Source: Deltaproteobacteria bacterium (lineage in GTDB: Bacteria; JAGRBM01; JAHCIT01). Taken from it: a DNA stretch of 64,000 bases. The first letter of the stretch is position 1, and each line of letters starts with the position of its first letter. Below the pieces are notes generated by a model that was not told where the DNA came from, did no database searches, and saw only the letters and a list, made by a program, of their open reading frames with translations. Position numbers and translations under genes: made by a program. Location: contig JAHCIT010000001.1 in the NCBI GenBank assembly GCA_026129095.1, forward strand, positions 122,245 through 186,244. Reading direction: 5' to 3'. This document shows positions 10,688-19,228 of this stretch, piece by piece.

Positions 10688-11500
10688 ATGAAGACCCACA
10701 GCTTTTTCAACCAGACACTGCGCGGGCTTGCCGCGGGAATCATGATCGCGGGACTCGCCGCCTGCGGAAGCAGCGGAAGCGGCGGCTCCGGCACCGGTAA
10801 CGGCTTTGCCGATTCGGTGCTCGGCAGCGCAATGGGCGCAGAGGCCGAAGGCGCACTGCTGTCGCTGGTCGATACCAGCAACTTTATAATGTCGGATCCA
10901 TCCGTAGACGCCGCCGATGACTATGTCGCTACCCTGGGAGACTGTGCGAGCAGTGACGGCGCAGTTGTCACGATCGAGTTCCCCTGCGAAGACTATCTTC
11001 CGAACATCACGGGCGGCATTCTGGAAGTGACCTTTACCAACGGCTCGGTGACATTCGAAACCATCGAAACCCTGACCACCGAAGATGGCGTGGAACTGGA
11101 GATCAACAGCGCCGCCAACTACATGGGCGGAGATCTCTGGGAAGTTATCTCCGACACGGAAGTAACTTTCGGCGACGCGACCTCGACCACGGAAGGTGAT
11201 TACGAGGTTGAGGTTGGAGACCCCTGCTCGACCATCAATGGCGACGTTCTGATCACGATGGACCTGCCAGAGCTGGACGACCTTCCGGTGGACCCTATAT
11301 TCACCGGTGAATACACGGACTACGAGGTGTGCAACGACGGCGGCTGCCCGAACGGTACCTTCTCTATCGGTCTCGAAGGCGTTTACGAGATCGAGCTGGA
11401 GTTCGATGCCTCGGCTGGCGAAGCCACAATTACCATCAGTGCCGGTGGCACCGACACGGTAGTCGGCCCGGTCGCGCTTGAGTGCACTACCCGCGACTAA
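10688..11500 (+). CDS. Hypothetical acidic lipoprotein A (270 aa, six non-lipobox Cys)
   Basis: AGGAG RBS before ATG 10688; signal peptide with lipobox LAAC, then a Gly/Ser linker; D/E-rich mature region; clear paralog of 11710-12603. Confidence 0.85.
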   Translation: MKTHSFFNQTLRGLAAGIMIAGLAACGSSGSGGSGTGNGFADSVLGSAMGAEAEGALLSLVDTSNFIMSDPSVDAADDYVATLGDCASSDGAVVTIEFPCEDYLPNITGGILEVTFTNGSVTFETIETLTTEDGVELEINSAANYMGGDLWEVISDTEVTFGDATSTTEGDYEVEVGDPCSTINGDVLITMDLPELDDLPVDPIFTGEYTDYEVCNDGGCPNGTFSIGLEGVYEIELEFDASAGEATITISAGGTDTVVGPVALECTTRD

Positions 11501-11529
11501 AGCGTTTCCAGGGTAAAACAGAACCCGAA

Positions 11530-11569
11530 GCGGGGTCCGGCCGGAAGGGCCGGGCCCCGCCTGTTTTTT
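11530..11569. terminator. Rho-independent terminator after lipoprotein A
   Basis: GCGGGGTCCGGCC-GGAAG-GGCCGGGCCCCGC then CTGTTTTTT; the upstream AAAACAG can also pair. Confidence 0.85.
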
Positions 11570-11602
11570 GGGGTTTCAGCGCCAGAAATGCCCCGGTTCC
11601 AG

Positions 11603-11658
11603 CCGTCACCTTTCCGTCACTTCCCCGTCATTTGTTCCGCAACGCCGGGGCATATAGT
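11603..11658 (+). promoter_or_regulatory. Three 11-bp-phased direct repeats (PHO-box/OmpR-PhoB-like) plus -10 box
   Basis: CCGTCAC/CCGTCAC/CCGTCAT start at 11603, 11614 and 11625; TATAGT at 11653-11658. Confidence 0.6.
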
Positions 11659-11709
11659 CGGCCCGCCTACGGCACAAAGACAGAGGGCCGGGCAGGAGAC
11701 CAGGAAGAC

Positions 11710-12603
11710 ATGAAAAACAGGAACGGTTTTTGGGGTAGTGCAGCGGGCGTTCTGGCGGCAGGCGCCCTGTCAACGGGAGTTGCCTTTGGCCTGGGTGCCT
11801 GTGGCGGCGCACGCAGTGCCGGCGGAGGGGCAAGCACGGGCATCATCAATGCCTCTCTCGCGGCGGCCCGTGGCGCGGAACTGGAAGGCGCCCTGATCGC
11901 CGTGATCAGCAACGCCGGGTTTGCCGATGCCACCGCAGCAGGTGCCGGATATGTATCCAGGATCGGCAGCGACTGCGCCGAGAACGATGCGGGCGTCGTG
12001 ACGATCGAGCTTCCCTGCGAAGACAAGGCCGCATTCCCCGAGTTCACCGAGGGCGTCATCGAAGTCACTCTCTCCGGAACCGGGAACAGCATCGCAATTG
12101 AAACGCTGGAAACTGTCGTGTCGGAAGACGGAGTGGAAATCGATATCGTCAGTTCCGCCACGCACACCGGAACGACCGCCACGAACACATCCACCTGGAA
12201 TGTGACCTCAAGTATCACTGCAGCGCTGGATGGTGCCACTGCCTCGTTCGAAACAGTGACGGACGGACATTTTACCCTCACCCGGAGCAGCAACTGCGGG
12301 ACCTACGCCCTTCGCACCGATCCTGAAACCGCCAAGCCGCTGCCGCTGGATGTCAGCATGGACATTCCGGATGGCAACGATTTCGACGGACAGCTCTCTT
12401 ACTCAAGCTTCAGCATGTGCTGGGCCGCGTCTACCTCGACCGGCTACTGCCCGAAAGGATCGATCACGGCCGGCATCAGCAGCACCTACCAGACCACTAC
12501 CGCATTCACCTCGACAGTCCCCAACGCTGTCGTCACTCTGCTGGTGGGCGGCACCCCTTCGGGGGCTTACGGATTCCCTCTGGAATGCACCCCCCGCCCG
12601 TAA
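11710..12603 (+). CDS. Hypothetical Ser/Thr-rich lipoprotein B (297 aa, six non-lipobox Cys)
   Basis: AGGA RBS before ATG 11710; lipobox LGAC; shares GAE-EGAL, VVTIE-PCED, ET-ET---EDGVE, CP-G and C-terminal LECT with lipoprotein A. Confidence 0.85.
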   Translation: MKNRNGFWGSAAGVLAAGALSTGVAFGLGACGGARSAGGGASTGIINASLAAARGAELEGALIAVISNAGFADATAAGAGYVSRIGSDCAENDAGVVTIELPCEDKAAFPEFTEGVIEVTLSGTGNSIAIETLETVVSEDGVEIDIVSSATHTGTTATNTSTWNVTSSITAALDGATASFETVTDGHFTLTRSSNCGTYALRTDPETAKPLPLDVSMDIPDGNDFDGQLSYSSFSMCWAASTSTGYCPKGSITAGISSTYQTTTAFTSTVPNAVVTLLVGGTPSGAYGFPLECTPRP

Positions 12604-12634
12604 TCCGGGAGCCTGAAACCCATGCAGCAATACG

Positions 12635-12669
12635 GGGTCCGGCCGGAAGGCCGGGCCCTTTGCTTTTTT
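12635..12669. terminator. Rho-independent terminator after lipoprotein B (between convergent genes)
   Basis: GGGTCCGGCC-GGAA-GGCCGGGCCC then TTTGCTTTTTT; nearly identical to the 11530 hairpin. Confidence 0.85.
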
Positions 12670-12673
12670 GGGG

Positions 12674-13441
12674 TTATTCCGGCTTCGGAAGCCGCCGTCC
12701 GTCGCGGGAAAACCGTGGCGAATCTTTCAGCCCCCAGCGGTTCAGGCGAAACTCCATTGCCGTGCCCAGAACACCGAAGCCATACTTGACGGACCGGCGG
12801 AATGAGATCGACGACGCATCCTCGAAGTAGAGGGTCGGACAGGTGACTTCACAGATGTCGTATCCAAAGTAGATCGCCTGGGCGAGCATCTGGTTGTCGA
12901 AGACGAAATCGTCCGAGTTTTCTTCGAGAGGGAGATTTTCCAGCAGCTCGCGGCTGAAGGCCCGGTAGCCGGTGTGATATTCGGACAGCTTGTAACTGAC
13001 GACAATGTTCTCGGAGAGAGTCAGCATCCGGTTGAAAACATACTTGTAGAACGGCATGCCGCCCCGGAGCGCACCAGTACCCAGAATCCGGGAGCCAAGC
13101 ACGCAATGGTACAAATCGTATGCGATCGGAGCGGCCATGGCGGGAAGCAGTCTTGGCGTATACTGGTAGTCGGGGTGGACCATCACGACGATATCCGCGC
13201 CGCGCCTGAGTGCCTCGGTATAGCAGGTCTTCTGGTTGCCCCCGTATCCCCGGTTATGCGGGTGGCGGATGCAGACCAGCCCCAGTTCCCTCGCCCGCGA
13301 CTCGGTCCGGTCGCTGGAATGGTCATCCACGACAATGATCTCGTCCACCACCTCGCGGGGAACCTCAGCCACTGTCCGTTCCAGTGTCTTTTCCGCATTG
13401 TAGGCGGGCATGACACAAATGACTTTCTTGCCGTTCATCAT
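12674..13441 (-). CDS. GT2 family glycosyltransferase (polyprenol-phosphate sugar synthase-like)
   Basis: VMPAYNAEKTL, VVDDHSSDRT, NRGYGGNQK, VHPDYQYTP, SEYHTGYRAFSR, DFVFDNQML. Confidence 0.9.
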   Translation of the reverse strand: MMNGKKVICVMPAYNAEKTLERTVAEVPREVVDEIIVVDDHSSDRTESRARELGLVCIRHPHNRGYGGNQKTCYTEALRRGADIVVMVHPDYQYTPRLLPAMAAPIAYDLYHCVLGSRILGTGALRGGMPFYKYVFNRMLTLSENIVVSYKLSEYHTGYRAFSRELLENLPLEENSDDFVFDNQMLAQAIYFGYDICEVTCPTLYFEDASSISFRRSVKYGFGVLGTAMEFRLNRWGLKDSPRFSRDGRRLPKPE

Positions 13442-13465
13442 GGTGGAAGCCTGAATACCTAATGG

Positions 13466-16027
13466 CTATTCCTGCGGCAATCCTTCACTGGTCAGGTGAC
13501 GTATGGTGCCCTGACTGCCGTCAATCTCCAGCAGGTCGCCTGTCTTGATAAAGCCAGTCGCACCCCGGACTCCGGTCACGGCGGGAATCCCGTATTCGCG
13601 GGCCAGAAGCGCACCGTGACTGAGCAGCCCGCCGGTTTCCGTGATCAGACCGGACAAAAGGGGGAAGACGCTCGTCCAGCCCGGATCGGTATTGCTGGCA
13701 ACCAGTATCTCACCCGGCTCGACCTGCTCCACATGGGCCAGCTCGCGGACCACCCGCGCGCGGCCCCGGGCCACGCCGCGGGAAGCGCCTAGCCCCTGTC
13801 CGGCCCCCCGGTCCAGTGCACCAGCCGGGTCTCCCTCGGCGATTTCGCCTTCTGTTTCCACTTCGTCGAACAGGTAGGTCGCCGGGAGACGGTCCTTCCA
13901 GAGCAGGTATTCATTCACCCGCTCCTCGATACGTGCCTCCAGTTCCGGATCGGCAGCAGGATTGTCGATCAGGGCCCAGACCTCTTCCCGCTCCAGAAAG
14001 AACACCTCGAACACATCGCCCAGAATCCGCTGCTCGCGAAACCGGCGCCCCAGATCCAGCGTCAGGTTGCGGATATGGCAAAGCAGGTAATCGAGGTAGT
14101 AACGCTGGTTTTCACGGTACTGCGTATACGTCTGGGCCTGCCGGAGCAGCCAGGACAGCGCCCGGCGGCGGGCGAAACCGCCAATACCGCGATCTGCCCG
14201 GCGAAGCGCAATTTCCTCGGCCTGCTGGCGCCGCCGGATCGCCTCCTGCTCGGCACCGGCCGGGTCGCGGGCTCCGCTTCCATGAAGCTGTGCGCGCACG
14301 AAACCCAGCACCACGTCGGGCGTCTCCCGCCACCGGGGCTGCGCCACTTCCCGGGTCGCCGACCGGTGCCCGTGCAGCACCATGAACCGGTCGAACTCCT
14401 TCCAGAACGGAGCCTCCGGGAACTTCTCGCGTGCGACCTGGCAGGCAGCCCCGCCCAGCAGCGCCGACCGCAGGGCGGGATCTTCCCGGGCCACCATGCC
14501 GAGCCGCCATATATCCCGGTTGATCTCGACTGTCTTGGTTCCGGGCAGTCCGCTGATGCAGGCCCGGTACAGTTCCCCGTCGTCGTCATGGGCGAACGAT
14601 TTCAGCGCAGACTGAAGCGCCGCATGCAGCGCCGGGTTGTAATAACCCATGCCCCAGCGGATCACGCGGAAGTGCTCGCGTCCCAGCTCATATGCCTCGG
14701 CAAACTGGCGGCGCCACTCCGGCATCGACAGCAGCCGGTAGTCCTGAAAAAGCTTGGGGCGAACCAGCCGCTCCACGTTCCGGCAATGCTCGGCCATGAC
14801 CTGCGGATTGGCCGCAATCGGCGAACGCGGGTCTTTTGCCGGTGCCCGGAGCATTCCGGCAAGCCGCCAGGGCTCGAATGGCTCGGCCCTGGCCTGCTCC
14901 ACCCAGAGCGGCGTGAACCACCCCATCGGATCGCGCGTCCTGAACCGGGGCGGAACGCCCCGGAGCATCCGGGCGATATAGGCACCGCTCATGTAGGCAT
15001 AGCCGTGGTACCGGCGGATAGGGTCCAGTTCGGCCAGCTCAGTATTGCCGCTCAGCCGGGCCATGTCCTTCAGGTAATCCTCGCTGATCCACCGGGTCAG
15101 CACCGTATGGCCGAATGGCGTCATGTAATCGGCAAGGTATTCGTCGCCGAATTTCCGGCTCCAGATTTCCCGGGGCCGTTCCGGGGGTAGCCCGGTGATC
15201 GGCCGCTGCTGGAGCACATACAGCCGGCCGCCGTCATGGCCGTTTTCGATCGCCCACTCGATATCCTGCCGGGGACCTATCTTCCCGGTCACCTGCCGGG
15301 CCAGTTCCCACATCATGCGGATCTGGTCCGGCCCCAGTGAAAGCCGCTGGCGCCGGGCTGGACCCACTTCCAGCTCGGTGTGCCCGCGTCCTGCGACATA
15401 GCGGTATTCTATTTCCTTGGACCCGATGATGGTCTCCCGGATCGTGCCGGTTTCACGGTCCAGCACGATGTGGTCGGGATGGGCGATACCGGAAACCACC
15501 GCCTCTCCAAGACCCCATGAAGCATCAATCACGATCTCATGGGCGAACGGACGGCGAGGATTGGCAGTCAGCATCACCCCGGATACGTCAGAATTGACCA
15601 TCCGCTGAAGCACCAGCGCAATACGCAGGTCCACCGGCTTGCCCTGTTTGGCCCGGTAATCCCGTGCACGGGCGGCATGGACAGCCTGCAGGCACTGACG
15701 AACCGATTCGATCAGCCGGCTGGCCGAATCGTTATCCAGGCGGGTCTGGTAAATGCCTGCGAAGGAGGCCTCATCCAGATCCTCGGCCACGGCCGAACTC
15801 CGGACCGCTAGCCGCGAATCCGGAAACTGCGTACGGAATGTCTCCCAGAACCCCTTCAGCTCCGCCTCGACAGCGGAAGGGAGCTCACCTTCTACGGCTG
15901 TGTCCGCCGGCAGGCACCATGCCTCCGGAACGTTCAGTCCAGCTGCCATGAGCCGCACCAGCCCGCATGCTTTTCCCCCGATCACGGACAGGCGTTGCGG
16001 GGTGCTCGCAGAAAGCTCGGTAATCAC
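13466..16027 (-). CDS. PEP-utilising phosphotransferase with rifampin-phosphotransferase (RPH)/PigC-like architecture
   Basis: N-terminal ATP-grasp (GGKA, AVRSSAVAEDLDEASFAGIYQT, LQQRPIT); central helical domain (GHRS..E...PRWRE); C-terminal His swivel (TDPGWT, GGLLSHGALLAREYGIPAV). Confidence 0.88.
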   Translation of the reverse strand: MITELSASTPQRLSVIGGKACGLVRLMAAGLNVPEAWCLPADTAVEGELPSAVEAELKGFWETFRTQFPDSRLAVRSSAVAEDLDEASFAGIYQTRLDNDSASRLIESVRQCLQAVHAARARDYRAKQGKPVDLRIALVLQRMVNSDVSGVMLTANPRRPFAHEIVIDASWGLGEAVVSGIAHPDHIVLDRETGTIRETIIGSKEIEYRYVAGRGHTELEVGPARRQRLSLGPDQIRMMWELARQVTGKIGPRQDIEWAIENGHDGGRLYVLQQRPITGLPPERPREIWSRKFGDEYLADYMTPFGHTVLTRWISEDYLKDMARLSGNTELAELDPIRRYHGYAYMSGAYIARMLRGVPPRFRTRDPMGWFTPLWVEQARAEPFEPWRLAGMLRAPAKDPRSPIAANPQVMAEHCRNVERLVRPKLFQDYRLLSMPEWRRQFAEAYELGREHFRVIRWGMGYYNPALHAALQSALKSFAHDDDGELYRACISGLPGTKTVEINRDIWRLGMVAREDPALRSALLGGAACQVAREKFPEAPFWKEFDRFMVLHGHRSATREVAQPRWRETPDVVLGFVRAQLHGSGARDPAGAEQEAIRRRQQAEEIALRRADRGIGGFARRRALSWLLRQAQTYTQYRENQRYYLDYLLCHIRNLTLDLGRRFREQRILGDVFEVFFLEREEVWALIDNPAADPELEARIEERVNEYLLWKDRLPATYLFDEVETEGEIAEGDPAGALDRGAGQGLGASRGVARGRARVVRELAHVEQVEPGEILVASNTDPGWTSVFPLLSGLITETGGLLSHGALLAREYGIPAVTGVRGATGFIKTGDLLEIDGSQGTIRHLTSEGLPQE

Positions 16028-16992
16028 GGCAAAATCAGTTGCCCTGCCGCCTTAAGCAGTTCGCCGGAATAGCGGAGCGACTTCAACATACCGGCGTGCC
16101 AGGCGTGCTCAATGATGCCGACACCCATCCGCTCGGCACCGCCATTACGGATCAGCGTGAAGCTGGAATGCAGTTCCTCCAGCCATAGGCCGTTCTTCAC
16201 CAGTGGAAACCGTGCGAGTGTCGAAACCGTCACCCGGTAGCTGGAACCGTCATGAGTTCCGAAGTCGAGCTCGGTACGGGCGGGGATATGCTCGCGTTCT
16301 CCCCAGTGAAATCGGACCGACAGCCTTTCAACGCCCGAGTTTTCACCGTCACGGAAGACAAAGCCGTTCACATATGGGCGGCCCCCGAAAAAGCCCTCCC
16401 AGACATTGAATGTAAGATCGTCACCAAACTGGGCGCTGATCCAGTTCCAGCCCTCGACCTTTGCCCAGTCACGCACACCCCATGACTTGTCGCGCTCACC
16501 GCGCCCGTTCACCTGCTTTTCCCGCCCCCGGAAGCGGGTCCAGCCAGTGACCCGGCCCGCCTGCTCGAAATGGTGCCCCGCCACGTTGGGTGGAAGTTCC
16601 GCTCCGCCACTGTGATAGTCGTAGGCAGGCGTAAAGGCCTCCCAGGTCAGCTCCATCGGGTTGCGACCGGCAAGTTCCAGCTTCCACTTCCGGAAAGGCT
16701 CCACCATGCGGTATGTGAGTCCACCGGTTTTCAGCCCGCTGGAAGCACGAATGTTACTCATGTTACTCACATCACCCCGAAGCGGGAGATTCACGGCCGG
16801 ATAAATGAACTCCGGTTTCCCATCCCGGAGCGTCAGCACAAGACCATCCATCTGCCGTTGATTAAAGCGATAACCGATCCTGGAAAGCCCGAACGAACGC
16901 CCGTCAGACGCCGCCCAGTTGAAATACCAGCTCTCCTGCCAGTGGGTATCTGAGCCGACTGGATGAATTTCCTCGTCCTGTGGAGTGAACAT
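16024..16992 (-). CDS. Hypothetical protein, predicted double beta-barrel (AttH/CrtC/lipocalin-like, DUF7064/7065-like)
   Basis: WQESWYFNW, HHFEQAGRVTG, GERDKSWGVRDW, WNWIS motifs; GTGA overlap with the phosphotransferase start. Confidence 0.65.
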   Translation of the reverse strand: MFTPQDEEIHPVGSDTHWQESWYFNWAASDGRSFGLSRIGYRFNQRQMDGLVLTLRDGKPEFIYPAVNLPLRGDVSNMSNIRASSGLKTGGLTYRMVEPFRKWKLELAGRNPMELTWEAFTPAYDYHSGGAELPPNVAGHHFEQAGRVTGWTRFRGREKQVNGRGERDKSWGVRDWAKVEGWNWISAQFGDDLTFNVWEGFFGGRPYVNGFVFRDGENSGVERLSVRFHWGEREHIPARTELDFGTHDGSSYRVTVSTLARFPLVKNGLWLEELHSSFTLIRNGGAERMGVGIIEHAWHAGMLKSLRYSGELLKAAGQLILP

Positions 16993-17182
16993 GGGGTTTC
17001 ACTCTAGTGGCCCGGCGGGCCGACGGCCACTGCCGGAAAACCCTCTGTTTCATACAGGTTAGCCCCATTCCCGGATACCGTAGGGGCACGAAAAGAGCCC
17101 CTTGAACGCGGACCCTGTTATGCTTATTTACAGGCTGGCCGGTACGGCAGTCCCGGCACATTCGCCTTCAGGAGACAGGTCC

Positions 17183-17734
17183 ATGCCAGTAAACGTGAAC
17201 CTCGAATTTACGCCCAATCCCGATACGCTCAAATATACAGTGAACCAGCAGTTGCTGGACCGCGGGGCGGAGAACTTCACCGAATCGGTCCAGGCCGAAC
17301 GCTCGCCCCTGGCCAAGCGGCTTTTCAGCGTGGATGGGGTGAAGGCGGTCATGATTGGGCCGACTTTCGTCACGGTCACCGTCACCGGACAGGACAAGCT
17401 GATGCAGGTGAATACCTCCATGCTCCGCGAGATCAAGACACATCTGGAGGCAGGTGAGCCCGTCATCACCGGGCCGCGTATCCAGTCCGAGCACGGCGCC
17501 AGCAACTCGGAAGCAGCTCAGAAGATTATCGAGATTCTCGACCAGCAGATCCGTCCGGCCGTCGCGCAGGATGGTGGCGACATCGTGTTTCACAAGTTTG
17601 AAAACGGGACCGTCTACCTCCAGATGCGGGGATCGTGCTCAAGTTGTCCATCCTCGATCGCCACGCTCAAGCAGGGAATCGAAACCCGGCTCCGCGAACT
17701 GGTGCCTGAAGTGGTCGAAGTCGTTCAGATCTGA
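17183..17734 (+). CDS. NifU/Nfu-type Fe-S cluster carrier (Nfu N-terminal domain plus NifU_C)
   Basis: EFTPNPDTLKY, SPLAKRLF, IRPAVAQDGGDIVF, GSCSSCPSSIATLKQGIE; AGGAG RBS before ATG 17183. Confidence 0.92.
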   Translation: MPVNVNLEFTPNPDTLKYTVNQQLLDRGAENFTESVQAERSPLAKRLFSVDGVKAVMIGPTFVTVTVTGQDKLMQVNTSMLREIKTHLEAGEPVITGPRIQSEHGASNSEAAQKIIEILDQQIRPAVAQDGGDIVFHKFENGTVYLQMRGSCSSCPSSIATLKQGIETRLRELVPEVVEVVQI

Positions 17735-17745
17735 GCAGACGCCGG

Positions 17746-18510
17746 TCAGATCGACTCGGCGACGGGATCAGGCGGCAGTATTTCCGCAATCTCATAACTG
17801 ACACCCTGAAGATTCCTGCAGGCTTCTGGCGTCAACCGGGTAACTCTCGCCGCATCACGGGCGACGACCGGTATCCGCATGAAATCATAGTGGGACTCCC
17901 CATGCAGCCGGGGCCGGTGATTGATCACCCGCTCGCGAACGACCATGCCGCGCCGGCAGGCAATCACCCCCAGAAAGCGGTGCCAGCCGGGCGGAATCCG
18001 CTGCCCGTGCCATGGTTCCCGGCGAATTACCTTCAGGTTGCAGCCGTGGTCGTGAAGTGGGACACCCGTCACCTCTGAAATAATCCTGCTCGCCGTGGCC
18101 GATATGGCCGAGCGAAGTTTCCCGTCCTTGCGATCCTTGCGCCAGCCGACAATCATGTCGGCCTCTTCGGCTTCCAGTTGCCGGAGCATCGGAAAGAAAT
18201 CGCGCGGATCGTGCTGCAGGTCGGCATCCATGGGGAGGAGAAACCGCCCCCGGGCAGCCAGAAAACCAGCCTCCAGCGCCGCCGACTGCCCGAATCTGCG
18301 TTTGAAGATAATCACCCGGACGACTCCACCTGTCGAAGCCAACGCCCGGAGCAGATCCGCCGTTCCATCCTGGGAGCCATCGTCAACAAAAATGACCTCC
18401 CATGACTTGCCCGTTTCGCCCATCACCTGAGAAAGTTCACTGACAAGCTGCGGGATGCTTTCCGCCTCATTCAGGGCGGGAATGACGACTGAAAACTCCA
18501 GCGGATTCAT
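17746..18510 (-). CDS. GT2 glycosyltransferase, ArnC-like, lacking C-terminal TM helices
   Basis: VVIPALNEAESI, VDDGSQDGT, FGQSAALEAGF, MDADLQHDP, DHGCNLK, WHRFL. Confidence 0.85.
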   Translation of the reverse strand: MNPLEFSVVIPALNEAESIPQLVSELSQVMGETGKSWEVIFVDDGSQDGTADLLRALASTGGVVRVIIFKRRFGQSAALEAGFLAARGRFLLPMDADLQHDPRDFFPMLRQLEAEEADMIVGWRKDRKDGKLRSAISATASRIISEVTGVPLHDHGCNLKVIRREPWHGQRIPPGWHRFLGVIACRRGMVVRERVINHRPRLHGESHYDFMRIPVVARDAARVTRLTPEACRNLQGVSYEIAEILPPDPVAESI

Positions 18511-19091
18511 GGAACGGCTCCAGATGCCGAATCAGCCGGCTGCATGTGGGCGCGCTGCCGGTTCCGCTCACGGCAGGCATCCTGGGCCCGAACAAGGCGC
18601 AAGTTCAGTTCCTTCACCTCTGCCTGACGGGTTTCCCACGGCGGACGGCCGAGATCTATCCCCTGAAGACCGGCCACGCGCCGGATCTCGGTCATGTCGA
18701 TCTCATGGACATGGGCCGCCTCGAAAAATCTGGCCATCGATTTCGCACGCTGCATGCCTTCTTCCGGGTTCACCGGCTCTCCGCCGCAGAAACGCTCCAG
18801 AAAAGCGATGTCATCATCCGCGCGGACGAGAAATGCGCTGTAACTGGTAAGCGCAGACTGGTACTCGGTGCGAATATCCTCAACACTGGAAAACTCCCGC
18901 GGGCCGGATGAAAGACGGGCCACCGGATCCTGCGGGCTTCCAGCGCCGGAAGCCTGATCCCGCGTCCGAAGCGTCCGGACAAGCGGAAACAGGACCAGTC
19001 CGGCGGCAAGCAGGGCGACAACTCCTGCCGCCAGGATACGCTGCCACGGCAGGCGTCGCGGACCGGCAGTATCGGGATTCTCGACCGGCAC
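18507..19091 (-). CDS. Hypothetical single-TM membrane-anchored protein
   Basis: GAGGA RBS before GTG 19091; TM segment ILAAGVVALLAAGLVLFPLV; ATGA overlap with the downstream GT2. Confidence 0.6.
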   Translation of the reverse strand: MPVENPDTAGPRRLPWQRILAAGVVALLAAGLVLFPLVRTLRTRDQASGAGSPQDPVARLSSGPREFSSVEDIRTEYQSALTSYSAFLVRADDDIAFLERFCGGEPVNPEEGMQRAKSMARFFEAAHVHEIDMTEIRRVAGLQGIDLGRPPWETRQAEVKELNLRLVRAQDACRERNRQRAHMQPADSASGAVP

Positions 19092-19228
19092 TCGGTGTTC
19101 CTCTTGATCGACCGGCCCTCGGGTCACGTGCCCTATGGTGTCACGAGCAAGTGGTCCCCGCAAATGAAAAGGAAAACGGGCGGAGATCGCCCGGATCCCC
19201 ACCCGCTTCTTTTCGGCCTTTTGTCAGT

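Noticed and set aside
14075-15190. 371-aa plus-strand ORF
   Set aside because: It is fully antisense to the RPH-like enzyme and has no motifs.
13466-16027. Calling the enzyme a rifampin resistance gene (rph) or PEP synthase (ppsA)
   Set aside because: The domain order excludes PpsA (no C-terminal PEP-binding barrel). The architecture alone does not establish rifamycin specificity, and no RAE operator was seen upstream.
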